DNA of 64,000 nt, from assembly GCA_043228905.1 (NCBI GenBank), contig JBHGNT010000010.1, forward strand, positions 16,430,001 through 16,494,000. The letters run 5' to 3'. The DNA is from Azolla caroliniana (Eukaryota; Plantae; Polypodiophyta). Under the pieces are notes generated by a model. That model was not told the DNA's origin. It saw nothing but the letters and a program-made list of their open reading frames with translations, and ran no database searches. The first letter of the stretch is position 1. Each line of letters opens with the position of its first letter. Positions 14,242 to 35,259 of this stretch are shown in pieces. Position numbers and translations under genes: made by a program.

Positions 14242-15888
14242 TTATACTTCATTTTTCTCCTTCTCTTGCTCACTCACTACATACAATTTACATACATATA
14301 CTGATATACATATACTGTATACATATGTATACATAGTTTTATGTCTTATGCATTGGCTATGGCCTCCGATCTATGTGGGCGATTTTGAAGAATCTCTCTC
14401 TCTCTCTCTCTCTCTCTCTACAACGGCTACTTCAATTCCCTCTCCTCATATCAGTAAGGTATGTCTCTCTCTCTCTCTCTTTTGCGTCTGTAAACCCTAA
14501 TTTCATCATACCTAGCTCGCTGGGCTTCGTTTCTTCTTCCCTTTGCTTGTACGTGACCACCATTAATTTATCATTTTCCTTATTCCTCAAACCTCTTTCC
14601 CTTCTACTTCAAAGGACGGCTTTCTGCCCTTGAAACCCTACGATTTCCGTCTAACTTTCTTCAAGAGCGAGCATAAATTGTAAAAGAATACCTTAAATTT
14701 TGACACAGCTCTGTTTTAGAAACCTTGCTTTCTCTTTCTTCACCTAATAAGATCAGTTTTTCTTCTGGATATTTAAAGCGGGATTGATTTGAAGAAGAAG
14801 GCTGATGTTCTTATAAAAATTTGACGGATTAGGTTCTTCTAAACATACCTAGACAGGAAATAGCATGGATGAATTAACGTCTCTTATTTAATGAAAAAAT
14901 ACCATTGATCAGAATTTTTCTCTTCTAAACTTGATGGATTATTGTGATTGTAACGGGAAAGAAGGTTAAATTTATTATAGAAATCCAATGGATTAGGGGT
15001 TCCAAATTTAGTGAAAACGAGGGTCATTTTCCTCATAGAAACCTGATAGATTACTGTTTCCAAATAAGGAAACAAAACCATTTTTATTAGAGAAATACGA
15101 CGGGTTAGAGTTTCCAAGTTAACTGATATTGTAATGAAAGAAAGCCATCATTCTTTCAGGACTGTAATGGATTAGGGTTTCCACATTCGTAAAGAAAGGC
15201 CATTGTTCTTAATGGATATAATGGATTAGGGTTTGACGGAGAGTGTAAAAGAAAGGTTTTCTGTGTATAGATAAACATGAAAGAAAAGAAGGTTGTTTCT
15301 CACGATTTACTGAAATGAAAAGGAAACGGTTTCTATATAAAAAATGATATACGAAGAAAAGATAATAAGGTTAAGTTTTGGCAATTTACTTAAATGTATG
15401 GAAGAATTTTCCGCATAAAAAAGGGTTATTTTCAGCAACTTCGCAAGATGTACTGAAGGATTTACTATGTAAATCGAAAAATCAGATCCATTGCACAGTT
15501 TTAGGTTACTTGGAAATTGGAATATACTGTTAGACACTGGTATTCAACACTCATTTTGAAACTCAGTTATTTTTTTCCAGTGTCGAAATCTAATTTACTT
15601 CTTCTATTCGTTCTTGAAGCGGTAGGCATCTAGGTAATGAGATTAAGTGCATAGTTTTAGGTTAGTTGGAAATTGGAATTGATTTATAGCTCATCCATAG
15701 ACATAGTATAAGCTCTCCTTGAGGTAAGCTCAATTGTTTTGGTGTATCTTTTCAGGTGTTGAGATGAACTGTGGTTTACTTTGAGCTGAAAAGTGTTTTA
15801 AGTTTGAAATCAAAAGGGGCTTACTTTTTCAAAGGGAGTGGTTAGCTAAGTGCATGGTTTTAGGTTGGGTTTCTTCGAATACAACATA

Positions 15889-24189
<8,301 letters not shown>

Positions 24190-25709
24190 ATTGATGTTTG
24201 TATGGAGCCAAATCATGAAATCGTTTATATTATCATTGATTCCTAAAATGAGTAGTTTTGTCCCTTCTTGAAGGCTGTAAGGGGAGGATCCATACACAAC
24301 AAAAACCATCCACTTCCATTCTTTTCAAAGTCCCCATTTGTTTATGTTCATTTAGGCCATGGGGCTGTTTTAAATACTCCAGCAAGGTGCCAACATTACT
24401 TGGTAACATTTTCCTCTGTATATATATATATTCATGAAGTTTTTCACTTGGCACACTGGATCTCTAGAATTTGGTGAAGTAATTAAAATTGTCAGGTGGA
24501 ACAAATAAAAAATGTATATATTATGAGAATGAACAGTTACAACTAGGATTGGTCTATTCAAAAGAGGCTTCTAAATTGTCTCACTTGTGAGATTGTGATT
24601 TGCAATGGAGGAATGCAGGTATAGTGGATTATGTATTCATATTTTAGTGATCATTGCTAACTCAAACTAAAACTAAACTTAGGGTAAAGGTGATGGGTTT
24701 AAACCTCTTCCCTAACATTTTCGTTTAAAGACAATCGCAAATTCCTGTGCATGACGAGTAGACATATAAGTAAAGCTTCAAACCAAGAGCAGGATATACG
24801 TGTGCACTAAAAACATTCTAGTGTGCTACAGATCCAACTCACAAGAAAATGGTGTGCTTGTTTTGTTTAGAATCCATTTGCCTCATGGATTTGATGCTGC
24901 TATTTGGTTCTGTTCCTTATGGCTATATACTCTCTCTATCTCCCACAATAGAGTCACCACTCAGTTTCACTTGTAGTACATGAAATATAATATTTTTGGT
25001 CTCATAGACTACATATTTGACCTCCAAAGACAATAATAGAGTCCTACTTATCTATCTGTCTCTTCTTGCTAACCCTTTCACTTGATATTTGTGAGCACTC
25101 CAATTATGTAAATTTTGGACAATCTTTTGTTTGGAATTTCATAGATTGAAAAACTCGATGTATGGAATTCAGATTGATAATTTCATCCATGCTATACTTT
25201 CAAAGGTTATTAAATTCCAACTGTACTCGTAGCATTCCACTCCATAATGTTGTTCATTTGATTAAGCACTTATGACACATTTTTTCAACAAATTCTGATA
25301 AGTTTTCAAAAATATCTTAATATACACACATTGATCATCCTTCAATAATTGCAAACCTCAACACAAACTAAGTTTTTCTATTTTGCTTTTTTTCCACACC
25401 GTTTCAACAAAAATTGTTTCACCGAATTCAATTTGCATCTACATGGAAGCATGCAATAAGCAGGTAGTGATGAAGTTTTTACTAGTTTCAACCAATACTG
25501 TTTGTTGCATCCGATGTCAATAAATACTTGGGCATCTTCCTCACAAACGGACACATCCAAAAAATATTACATGTTACAGGTACTACCTGATCAAAGAAAA
25601 TACAAAAATGTCTTTTTATCCTGAAAGTTCTAAGATACCATGTACTTCTTCAGATTAGAATACAGTGAGTACAGTAACATTATCAAACCGATCACAACAG
25701 AATGGCAAA

Positions 25710-26213
25710 TTATACTCTATCATGGTGTGATGTTCGATGAATTGATGCTACAGGTACTGCCGAGCTACCATGGAAACCTTGAGTAAACTGTTGATTATTT
25801 AGACCCACAGGTGACCACACTGAAGGATTAGATGGATCTTGAAGCCATTGGATCTTACTCATGTTAGGGCTTTCTACAAAAACCATGGTAAATTCTCCAA
25901 CTTTCTCTAGCTTCCCTTTCTTCCCTGCTCGTAGAGCAAAACCATTAGCTTTGTGGAAGGAGAACATACCGTTAGTGAGACGAACTATATCTCCAGGTTG
26001 GAAAGCTTCACATTCATTTCCCCATAGCTGTAAATGAACTGAGGCAGTTTGATCTGATACTAGATTTATAGACAATAATTGGCCACCGCCATCGCTTCTC
26101 GATGATGAACCTTTCTCTAGTATAATGAAGGTTGTGTTTACATTGTTTTGAGCAGAGGGACGCAGGTCTTTAATGAAGATATGACCATGTTGATGCTGAG
26201 GAGGTTGTTGCAT
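25710..26213 (-). CDS. SOSS complex subunit B homolog (SSB1/NABP, OB-fold ssDNA-binding protein), single coding exon, 167 aa
   Basis: IKDLRPSAQNNVNTTFIILEKG...VSDQTASVHLQLWGNECEAFQPGDIVRLTNGMFS...LRAGKKGKLEKVGEFTMVFVESPNMS matches the SOSS-B family. ATG at 26213 follows a pyrimidine tract and AG. Confidence 0.92.
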   Translation of the reverse strand: MQQPPQHQHGHIFIKDLRPSAQNNVNTTFIILEKGSSSRSDGGGQLLSINLVSDQTASVHLQLWGNECEAFQPGDIVRLTNGMFSFHKANGFALRAGKKGKLEKVGEFTMVFVESPNMSKIQWLQDPSNPSVWSPVGLNNQQFTQGFHGSSAVPVASIHRTSHHDRV

Positions 26214-27109
26214 CTTTCTTTGAATCACAGACAGAAAGCACAGAGAACAGGAAAATGTGTACACAGAAAGTGTTGGAAAGAAGCCAAACTGTCACATGGA
26301 TTAACAGATCCACTCACAATGCACGATTTGAGTAAACGCGAGAAAAACCAAATCTCTGGGAAACCCTGATATGTCGCTTTAGAAAGACAGATTTCATTCG
26401 AATACACAATTTCCGGAAAACAAGAAAGACGATGGTGAAAGAACGGGGGGCTTGCAACTTCCCTACTACAAGAAAACAAATAATGAAGAAAAACCTTGAC
26501 TTTCCTGAATGGTTGGAGAAACCATGGGCTGGTTAATTGAAAGAAGAGAAAGAAAACAACAGAGCGTGACAAAACCTTAGGGTTGTGTCAGGTCCACCAT
26601 AACTTTTGTGTCTGGAAGAATGATCTAACCAGCAATAAGCATCGAAACAGCAACGATTGTGCTGGGAGTGGATGAGAGGAAGACGAAGATACAGGCAAGA
26701 GTGAGCAAGACCAATGCTCTGACCTTTCAAACAGTTCACTGATGATGATGATGATGATGATGACGACGATGAGATGATGATGATGATGATAGCGATGGCA
26801 ATGAGGAGCTGAATCGGAGAGGAGACAGGATTCAGGAACCTATCTTCCTTGAGAAAACGGCAAGGTAGTTATCAAAATCAAATAGAAGAAGATACGCTCC
26901 AGAAAGATCCACAACCCCCTATGGCATGAACCTTTCTTCTTCTTCTTCTTCTTCTTCGTCTGCTGCTGCTGCTGCTGCTGCTGCTTCTGCTTCTGCTTCT
27001 GCTGCTTTCTGAGTTTTCTTCACAACCCCATAAGAATTATATTTTACCACTACTACTACTATTTCTGGGTTTTCTTCTTCTTCTTCTTCTTCGTCTGTGT
27101 TTTTCCTCT

Positions 27110-27240
27110 GAGGTAGATAGGGGTAGTTTTGTATATACAGAAAACATACACACATTCATGGGTAGTTTTTCCTTTGTAAAATGCCCACCTATGAATGTGT
27201 GTATGTTTTCTGTATTTACAAAACTACCCTTATCTACCTC
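27110..27240. repeat. Inverted repeat (about 54-bp arms, 3 mismatches); MITE-like foldback
   Basis: gaggtagataggggtagttttgtatatacagaaaacatacacacattcatgggt is the near reverse complement of acctatgaatgtgtgtatgttttctgtatttacaaaactacccttatctacctc. Confidence 0.9.
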
Positions 27241-27292
27241 TTCTTGGAATTTTTGAGTAAAAAAAAAACCACACTATAAAGCTTAGGCCTTC

Positions 27293-27331
<39 letters not shown>

Positions 27332-27334
27332 AGC

Positions 27335-28735
27335 CATTGTATTAGCTAAGATCATAACATTCATGTCTTAAGTTAAAAACTTTCCTTACTCAGTTCTTGG
27401 AGACATGGCATTGTTGTGCGCACATACAAGATGTCTTTTGGGTGGAACAACGAATCCTAGATTGTGGTGAACCTTGCAAATATATTAGGTCAACTCATGC
27501 ATAATAAAGCTTTAGAGAGACACTAAGTGAAAGGGGGGGGGGGGGGGGGAGGAGGGGGTGTAACACATCCGATGTGTTGAGGGGTTCTGTGATTAGAACC
27601 ACAATAGACCACCTCGACGGATTGAGGTGAGGGCCTTCTCGATGGGTAGAGAAGGCCCCGTGAGTTGTGGGCTTCTAAGTCTTCTCAGAGGATGAAGAAG
27701 ACACCCATGACTCACATCATGGGACAACAAATTTAAATGAGTTAATGGGACCTATTAAACTAGACAAGGTGGTTTGGGTTGTATGTTCAGTAGGTCCAAA
27801 TACTTCACCTAGTCATCCTTCGCGTAGTTAAGTAGCGTTGGGCACATGAGTCCGAGTCCGATAGAAAAAAAATTTAGTGGTGTAATAGGGCGGGACAAGT
27901 TGAATTGAAAAGTGATGTCCAATTTGAAACCCTATGCCAATTTGTATGCATATGAATACTTCTCACCTTGGATGTCATGGCCATCAGAGGAACAAAAATC
28001 CATACATAACGTATTACCCCCGCTCCTTCACATTCTCCTCAAGTTGTGTAGTGTTTGGGGCCAAAGTGTTCATCTCTCATCTACAAACTGAGAGTGCACC
28101 CATTGGCCTATGAATAGGAACATACGTTGGTGTAACTTTTGAGAGACTATCCATCCTTGTTGGTCCCTACTTTTTTCTCCAAAAAAAACATTGCTTCACA
28201 TTAGTTAGCAAACAAAATACAACAGAGTTCAAACATTAAGATCCACAAGGCCTAGCCTTAGAGGGATCGAAATATCCAACCACTCCCAAAACAACAACAA
28301 ATTAAGCAAAACTCACGATGTCCTTCACCCCTCTCTTGTCCACTAATTGGGAAACATTGGCAGAAACTACCACCTAGGTGCTTGGTAATTCCATTTAGGT
28401 GTTGTTGAAGATTTGACCATCATAGGAGATTCACCCTATTTCAGTAGAAACTTTGACCTTGCCATTACTGCTCCGTCCAATTCGTGAGTTAATGAAGAGA
28501 GAGGGTGGCCTTATATAAAGCACCCTCCTATTTCATAGAGTGTCGGTTGTGACTCCGTGTAATGCTATATTTTGTATTTGCTATTCTCCTTGTTAATATA
28601 CACCTTCTTCTTGAGTACTTCATTTTTCTTTCATTTATCTATCTTCTATTTTCTCTTCTCTCATCTCTTTCCTCTCACACATACACATAACACACATCTC
28701 TTCCGTTGCACAAGAATCATATCCGATTCTTTACA
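27335..28735 (+). mobile_element. Gypsy-type LTR retrotransposon 3' remnant: decayed integrase tail, polypurine tract and ~1.18-kb 3' LTR (27559-28735)
   Basis: A decayed IHN-FHVS-LK-like motif lies near 27350. A purine run at 27529-27558 immediately precedes TGTAA(27559)...TTACA(28735) inverted ends. TATA-like tatataaa near 28513. Confidence 0.6.
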
Positions 28736-28739
28736 CCCC

Positions 28740-30010
28740 TAAATTGAGTCATACCGTCTATGCATCCAGGATACCACCTCAAACTAGATATTTAGCAATA
28801 CCTCACCAATTGGGAGCTTCTGATGTTGAAAAACTAACTTGCAGCGCTTGGTCCAAATGTGCTAGACGATAAGCACGCCACCATCATCCATATCTCCTCA
28901 AAAAATGTAGAGTTTATGCCAGATCTCACCCTAGCACATTGGAACACATTGCCACCCTGCACTATAAATCCATGACCTTGTGGGTTTAATTGTTCCCCCT
29001 AGCCTTCACCTGTTAATTTCAGACCCTGTAAGGACCTGCACACAACTTTCCCATTCACACTGCAAGATGCCACGGTCCTGAGACTTCTACCCAATATGCT
29101 AATTGCCTCCACACAATTCCCGGATCAATGAAGGATCGCTTCCAAAGTGGGTCCATATAACTTGCAACCAGCCTCCCCACCATGGAACCTCATCCCCTAC
29201 TAGTACCACCTTATGGCTAAGAAGCCACAACCAAACCTTTATTTTTTCAGGCATATCCAATGCCCATAGTTTCCTCCAAAACGGTTTCAAGAAGTCATCC
29301 AATATGCCTTTATCCCTCTAGCTATTGTGAGTTTGAACACCCACTGATTTGCCTTCTCAGCTTAGAACTGTACTTAAAAAACCCTTCCAATTTGTTCATT
29401 TCGGGTTTCTACCACCATACCCCCAGTGGATCCCACCCCAAATCACATAGGGGCTTGTTGTCGAAAAGCCATAATTTACAATCATTACCCGATTTTCCTA
29501 GGTTCGAGTTCACTTGCCACTTCTTACCCTCCAACATTGCCAACCGCACTGCCAACCGCCTGCCATTGTCAATCAAAGCACTTAGGTTGCCCCACAAGCG
29601 ATCCTCGTTAGTTGTGCACCTACCACGAATAATTTGTGCAATACCCTCACCTTCAAACCAACTTGACCAAACCCCTCTTCCTCGTTCAACCTATCTAAAC
29701 CATCAACAACCTTATTTATCAACTTGGTAACCTTTTCATTGTACTCGAACATAGGCCTCCATGGCAAGCATTTTTTTTGTCCAAGCATCATACCGTCTTC
29801 GCTTCTAATCATGGGGTTCCAAAACAACGGTTGTCGTAGTTTTCATCCAACATTTTCGGTTGCATTAAGACCAACCCTTCTCTTAAACTTGACCAGGCCT
29901 TCATTATGGCACGGGCCACCCTATCCTCCATGCTAGCTGGTTCTTTCGACTTTAAACTTGGACTGAACAATCACCATGTATTTGCTTTCCAGGGGCTACA
30001 ATTCCTCGGG
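28740..30010 (-). mobile_element. Decayed L1-type LINE ORF2 3' fragment (zf-RVT region)
   Basis: Broken frames give FWNPMI, CDLGWDP and FWRKLWALDMPEKIKVWLWLL, in the same order as related motifs (IWNPLF, DLQWDP, FWKQFW) of the LINE at 51661-55439. Confidence 0.65.
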
Positions 30011-30793
30011 CACCAAAGGTCGACTAAATGAAAAACAATAAAAACAAAATATTCTCGATTTTTGTGTCACCCAAAGGAAAAATGATGAATAGTAAGCCTT
30101 CTTAGGAGCATGGAGAAAAATTTTGTGGGTTGAAATACTTGGAACATTAAAAGCACATGTAGGATGACCTTGTAGGTTGTAAGAACCTATTAGCCATGGC
30201 GAAGGTCACAAAGCACAAATCTTTCAAAGGTGGAGTGATTCAGTTCTATTGATTTAGCCTGATCTGACAATTTGATGGCACAACACATAACTACACTCTC
30301 TATGTTTTCTATATATTAGATAATTTGTTTTTTGAGTTTACATTCGTGTTAGCATACATTTTATCCCTTGCCTTGTTTATTATTCTCTAACATTCCATAG
30401 AAGGCATATCCTACTACAAGGGAAATTTGCAGCCACATATGATCCAGAGACATTCTTGCCTTTTAATTTGAAGCCCAAGGTAGCACTTTAAGTGTTGGAT
30501 TTTGTAGGGTCAAAGTTGGGGCTTCTGAATAGCATGAAAATTAACGACACCAACGATGTAAATCAAAGAAAAATCGTAAGCAACAAAAATACATTACACA
30601 TGATTAATCTTCTAATTCTTCAATAAATTAAGATACGTATGAATGCACGATTGAAATTTAAGAAGCTGCTTAAGTCGATGCATGTCCCCTCATCTCGCTC
30701 GCTCACTCGTTAGAGCAACTTCAATAACTGAAAATCGTAATTAGCAACACAACATTAAACCAATCTTCAAGGTCTTTGGAGTTAGCAATGGCC

Positions 30794-30985
30794 TTGGTTT
30801 CGGCTCGAACCAAGTTGAACCATTAAACCGTGGCTTAACGGTTTATCGGTTCAAATATAAATAGACTATTTGTTTTGGTTTAAAAAGTGTTAGGTCGGTT
30901 TGGTTTTAAATTTGACGGTTTATCGGTTCCTTATATGTGGTTCAGTTTATAGGTTTATAGGTTTATAGGTTCATACATACCCCAA
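30794..30985. repeat. Cluster of AACCG/CGGTT motifs, probable hAT-type MITE remnant
   Basis: Repeated cggtttatcggttc, ggtcggtttggttt and ggtttata units upstream of the PS1-like gene; no clear TIR or TSD pair. Confidence 0.4.
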
Positions 30986-30990
30986 GCCCT

Positions 30991-31237
30991 TGGGCCCTAA
31001 TTTTTCAAACCAGTGTCTAAGTCCCCCACTTCCCACTTCCCAGTGCTAAATTGGAGTGCCTAACTTTGACAAAACCCTAATTACAAGCCCATTAGGCTAT
31101 AAATAATATGTAATTAGGCATTACCAAAAAATCCCTAATTAAGGCTACCCCTACCCACACATAATTTAACTGCATCTTTAACCTGTGTGTCCCATCTGTC
31201 TGTCTTCTCTCTCTTGCTTCCTCTCTCAACGGTCACA
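30991..31237 (+). promoter_or_regulatory. Candidate proximal promoter of PS1-like gene: site II-like (TGGGCC, AGCCCA), telo-box (AAACCCTAA), TATA-like and MSA-like (CTCAACGGTCA) motifs
   Basis: tgggccc 30991, aaaccctaa ~31072, agccca ~31086, tataaata ~31098, ctcaacggtca ~31225. Motif matches only. Confidence 0.4.
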
Positions 31238-31264
31238 TTTTGTTCTGCTCTGTTTTTTTGAATC

Positions 31265-31300
<36 letters not shown>

Positions 31301-31689
31301 CGAACGAAGCCTTTCTGAGTCTGACATCGATCGCTGTCTGTTTGTCTGTCTGTCCGTCTCTCTCCCAATCCTTGCCCCTTCCTTTCATGCCCGTGGATCG
31401 ATCTCCTCCATCCTCCACGCCATCCCCAATTACCTGCACACCTCTGAAATCCCTTCACACTACTACAACCATATCTGTTCGCCATCGCTCTGTCTCATAC
31501 AATCTGCCCTTTCATCACAAATCTGAATTCCTCTCGCTAATAATTCCTCCTCTATGTAGGTTCTCTCTGTCTGCCTGTCTGTCTGTTGGCCTTAGAAGAC
31601 GTTAATATATATTCTTAGGTTTACCATCGCAGTTTCTTTCATATCCTGCGTTCCTTCGTCTTCTTCGTCCGCTTCATCTACTACAGACT

Positions 31690-34600
31690 ATGCCTGCAGA
31701 AGCTCGTGATCCCGTTGTGATCCCTGCAGGCGCCATGGCCGAATACGGAGTCAGCGCAAATTCCACATTATCTTCATGCGCAGACGATTCTGCATCACGA
31801 ATACTGTCTCCCTACATCTCTGTCTTCAAGGATGGGCATCTTATTGAATCTTTGAGTCTTGATCATGCCCATGACCAGTGTGTTCTCGTTGGCCGTCATA
31901 CCAACTGTGATATCATTCTTTCTCACCCTAGCATTAGCAGGCACCATCTCGAAATCCAAGTTCCTTATACCTCTCAGGAATTCCTTCTCACCGATCTTAA
32001 CTCAGGTAATCGTCTTTTTTTTTTGTCAAAACTGGTATGTCTATTCCCTTAAAATCCTTTCAGAGCTCCACATTTCATCAGATTTGCTATGTCTTTACTC
32101 ATAAGATTGCGTTTTTTTTATCTCTGATGAGTGTCGTAATCCTGTTAGAGCACATTCTAAACTTGTTCAAGGTTGTTTTAATCTTATGAAAGAATGAGAC
32201 AATCTTGTGCAAATGCATGGAAATCCATTTCATGAATCACCTAACCCCTGTGCAAGAACGTAGCAATCTTATGCAATGTTGTAAAAAATGTGTCAATCGT
32301 AAGTATATGAATATGGTGATCTCTGGTATGAATATGGTGTTCTTGTGGAAGAATATGGTAATATTGTCCAAGAAATATGGGAAATCTTTTGCAAGAATGA
32401 GGGATTTGTTTGAAGCTTATTCAATCCTCGTCTGTTATCACAGTCCATGGAACTTGGGTCAATGGAACTTCTCTTCCTCCTCTGAAGGTTGTGAAGGCCA
32501 AGGAAGGAGATTCTATTAGGCTTGGAGCTTCGTCTCGGACATATGTGCTTCAATGGCTTCCTTCTCCCACTCATCCACTTCCACAAGACGCAATTTCAAG
32601 TGAAGAGTTTTCGAAGATTAGCAGTAATTCACCACTGTCCTCTCATGTAGATTCAAAGGAGAAACATTCTTATCAGGATGAGGTTACAGAATCTATAGAA
32701 TCCGTGGGGGCACGACAACCATCTGCATTGAGTAATGTAAGAAATTAAGCTGATATTCTTATCTCTTCCATGGAATGTTTCTGATACTAATTTTCCAAAG
32801 TGCATGTTTGAAATCATGCTTGTTGGACTCAAATCGTAGGCTAAGTGTCTATTCGATTTCATCTGTACAATTTCTGCAGGAGATTCATAACGAGATCAAT
32901 ATGATTGATGAAACGGAGAAGGTTAGTCTTACCGTTCCCGAGACAAAGAATGACACAGAGACAGAAAGCAACGGAAATGGCTATAATCGTCTCTGCAACA
33001 ATAACGAACAGCAGGAGGAGAGATCACATGTGAATAACAATTCGTCCAGGCTATGGCTTCGTCGTACCAAACTCAACCCTCCTCCGCAACTCTTTACATC
33101 TGTACTAAGACCTTCAAATGCAATATTAGCAAGCTTGAATAGCATTAACACTGCGGCTCCTTCTGCTCCACCGATGCCATCGTGCTACTCTCTGAATGAT
33201 GTTGTTGCTCCTTCGGCCCCACCTCTTCCAGTCACGGCCTGTAGTTTCACTCCTATCATTGACGATGATCAGGAATTTCCTGAGAATCAGACATTCGAGA
33301 CTAGCCTGTTGGAAGACCAAATGAAAAGTAGATTCTGTATAACGAGAAAGATTCAAAAAGGTTCCTCAGATCCGGATTTAGAACTTGCAGGAGGAGAGAT
33401 ATCATTAGACACGCACGAGGACGACATAATGGATGGTTATGAATCTGACAAGGAGAATGAGAGCTGCGTTACAGCAGTGAAATATACGAAGAATTCGGAT
33501 GGGAATGTGAAAAGAAACTCAGTGTTAGCTCGTAATATTCGACGTGCTGCTGCTGGAACTGGATTCCCAGAATCTACGGCTGAAAAAATTCGTCCTTCAT
33601 TGCAGGATAATAGCAAGAAAGAGTATCCTGAAGAGGATATGGAGACCTATGCGTCTGACAAAGAAAACCAGACTCCTGCGTCACGATCCAATGTAGAAAC
33701 TAAAGAGAAGCATTCAGGAGGAAGAATTAATAATACAGGTGCAGGTTTACTCAGGTCGTCTGGTATCCCCATAGATCAGACAAAGGAATGCAGGGTTCCT
33801 TTTCAATGCTTACCATTACCAGCTAGCAGGCCCCCAGCTCCATCACTGAGCTACAGATCAGCTTCGATGGATCAAAAATGCAGAGAAACAAGTCCATCTC
33901 CTGTGGTGCAAACTTCTAATCTATCATTTAATGCCATGCAATAGAGGACTCGTTTCCTGTTTTTAAGTTTCCATTTTTACTTCCATTGTCATCTTTCTTT
34001 TTTCTTTAACAGTTTTCTGCTGTACGTTCTTGAACAGATGATGCAGACTGTGGATAATTCATTCATACAGAGGAAACTTCTGCAAGGAGTTCCTGCTAGA
34101 TGCGAGCAACGCCGTTTGTGGGACATCGTGGTGGATATGTCTTGCTTTCTCGATTCAGAGTCTTTCAAGGCCCTCAGATTACTAGAAGGAATAAGAGAGG
34201 TTCGCCTTATCGTGCCAAAAATAGGTAACAAAATGTCACACACATTATGCCGTTGATGAATATTCGACAGAGAATAGGTGGTCGTCTTCTAGCCAAATGC
34301 TAAACGATTGAGTTTGGTTGTTGCAGTGATAAGTGAGTTGGATTGCTTCAGAGCAGGAGCAGGGAAGGTACATCAAAAGGCATTGAAATGGATAGAATCA
34401 TGTATGGTCAAGCTTCCGTCATGGATCCACGTCCAGAGCTCTTCTGAGAGTATGACCGCTGTGACTCCACCTGGGTCTCCCTGTCTGCAGGAATTTCACT
34501 CTGCAGGAAGCTTCAATGGAGACCTTCTCCTCTCGCCAACAAATGCTGATCATGTCCTCAATTGTGCCATTCTCTTCAGCACCGTGGTCTCTCATGGGAA

Positions 34601-35259
34601 AGTTGCACTGCTTACGAATGACACAGCTTTGAGAATTAAGGCTATGGCAGAGGTTTGTTTAGATCCTGATTCCAAACCATCTTCAGTTGTTTCTTTTATA
34701 TTATCTTATGTGGATTATGAATGGCATGCTAGCAAATTTCAATTGACTTGTGGATAGCAAATTCATTTCAAGTTATCTCTAGTTGGTTTAGAGTTTTGAA
34801 GGCTTATTTGGGTTTTCAATGAATGGAGAATCGATTTCATTTCTTGTTCTGAAGCTTACCTGGTGTGATGTGACTTGACGCCATTTCCAGTTGATTCCCA
34901 GAGTTCTGTTCTCACTTATCTGATCTATCGTGAATGTGCAGGGATTGGTTTGCGATGCACCTCCTTTGTTCTGCGAGAGCTTGGTCAGTCCATACTCGGA
35001 TCGTTTCCTATGGTCTGGAAGCCTTGCCCATGGATATAACAACTCATCAGAGAACGCATGGCATGTGAAGAGTACGTCTGCTTTAGCACCGAGTGTAATA
35101 ACGTCATCAGATGGAAGCGGTAACAGACAATCGGGTATATTGATGGATACAATGAGAGCTATGGCTACTTATGGGAAGCATCATCATCATCATGCTGTGG
35201 AAGGTCTGAATAAGCAATGCGGCAAACAAGCTAAAGGTCTAAAGCTTGTTTTAACCTAA
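31690..35259 (+). CDS. PS1: FHA + PIN domain protein, Parallel Spindle 1-like; exons approx. 31690-32005, 32444-32736 (or 32682), 32880-33905, 34038-34224, 34327-34652, 34942-35259
   Basis: N-terminal FHA (VLVGRHTNCDIILSHPSISRHHL...LTDLNS|VHGTWVNG...LGASSRTY). C-terminal PIN-like domain (WDIVVDMSCFLD, ISELD, DHVLNCA, LLTNDTALRIKAMAE|GLVC). Ends SLVSPYSDRFLW...KGLKLVL*. This is the PS1 architecture. Confidence 0.88.
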
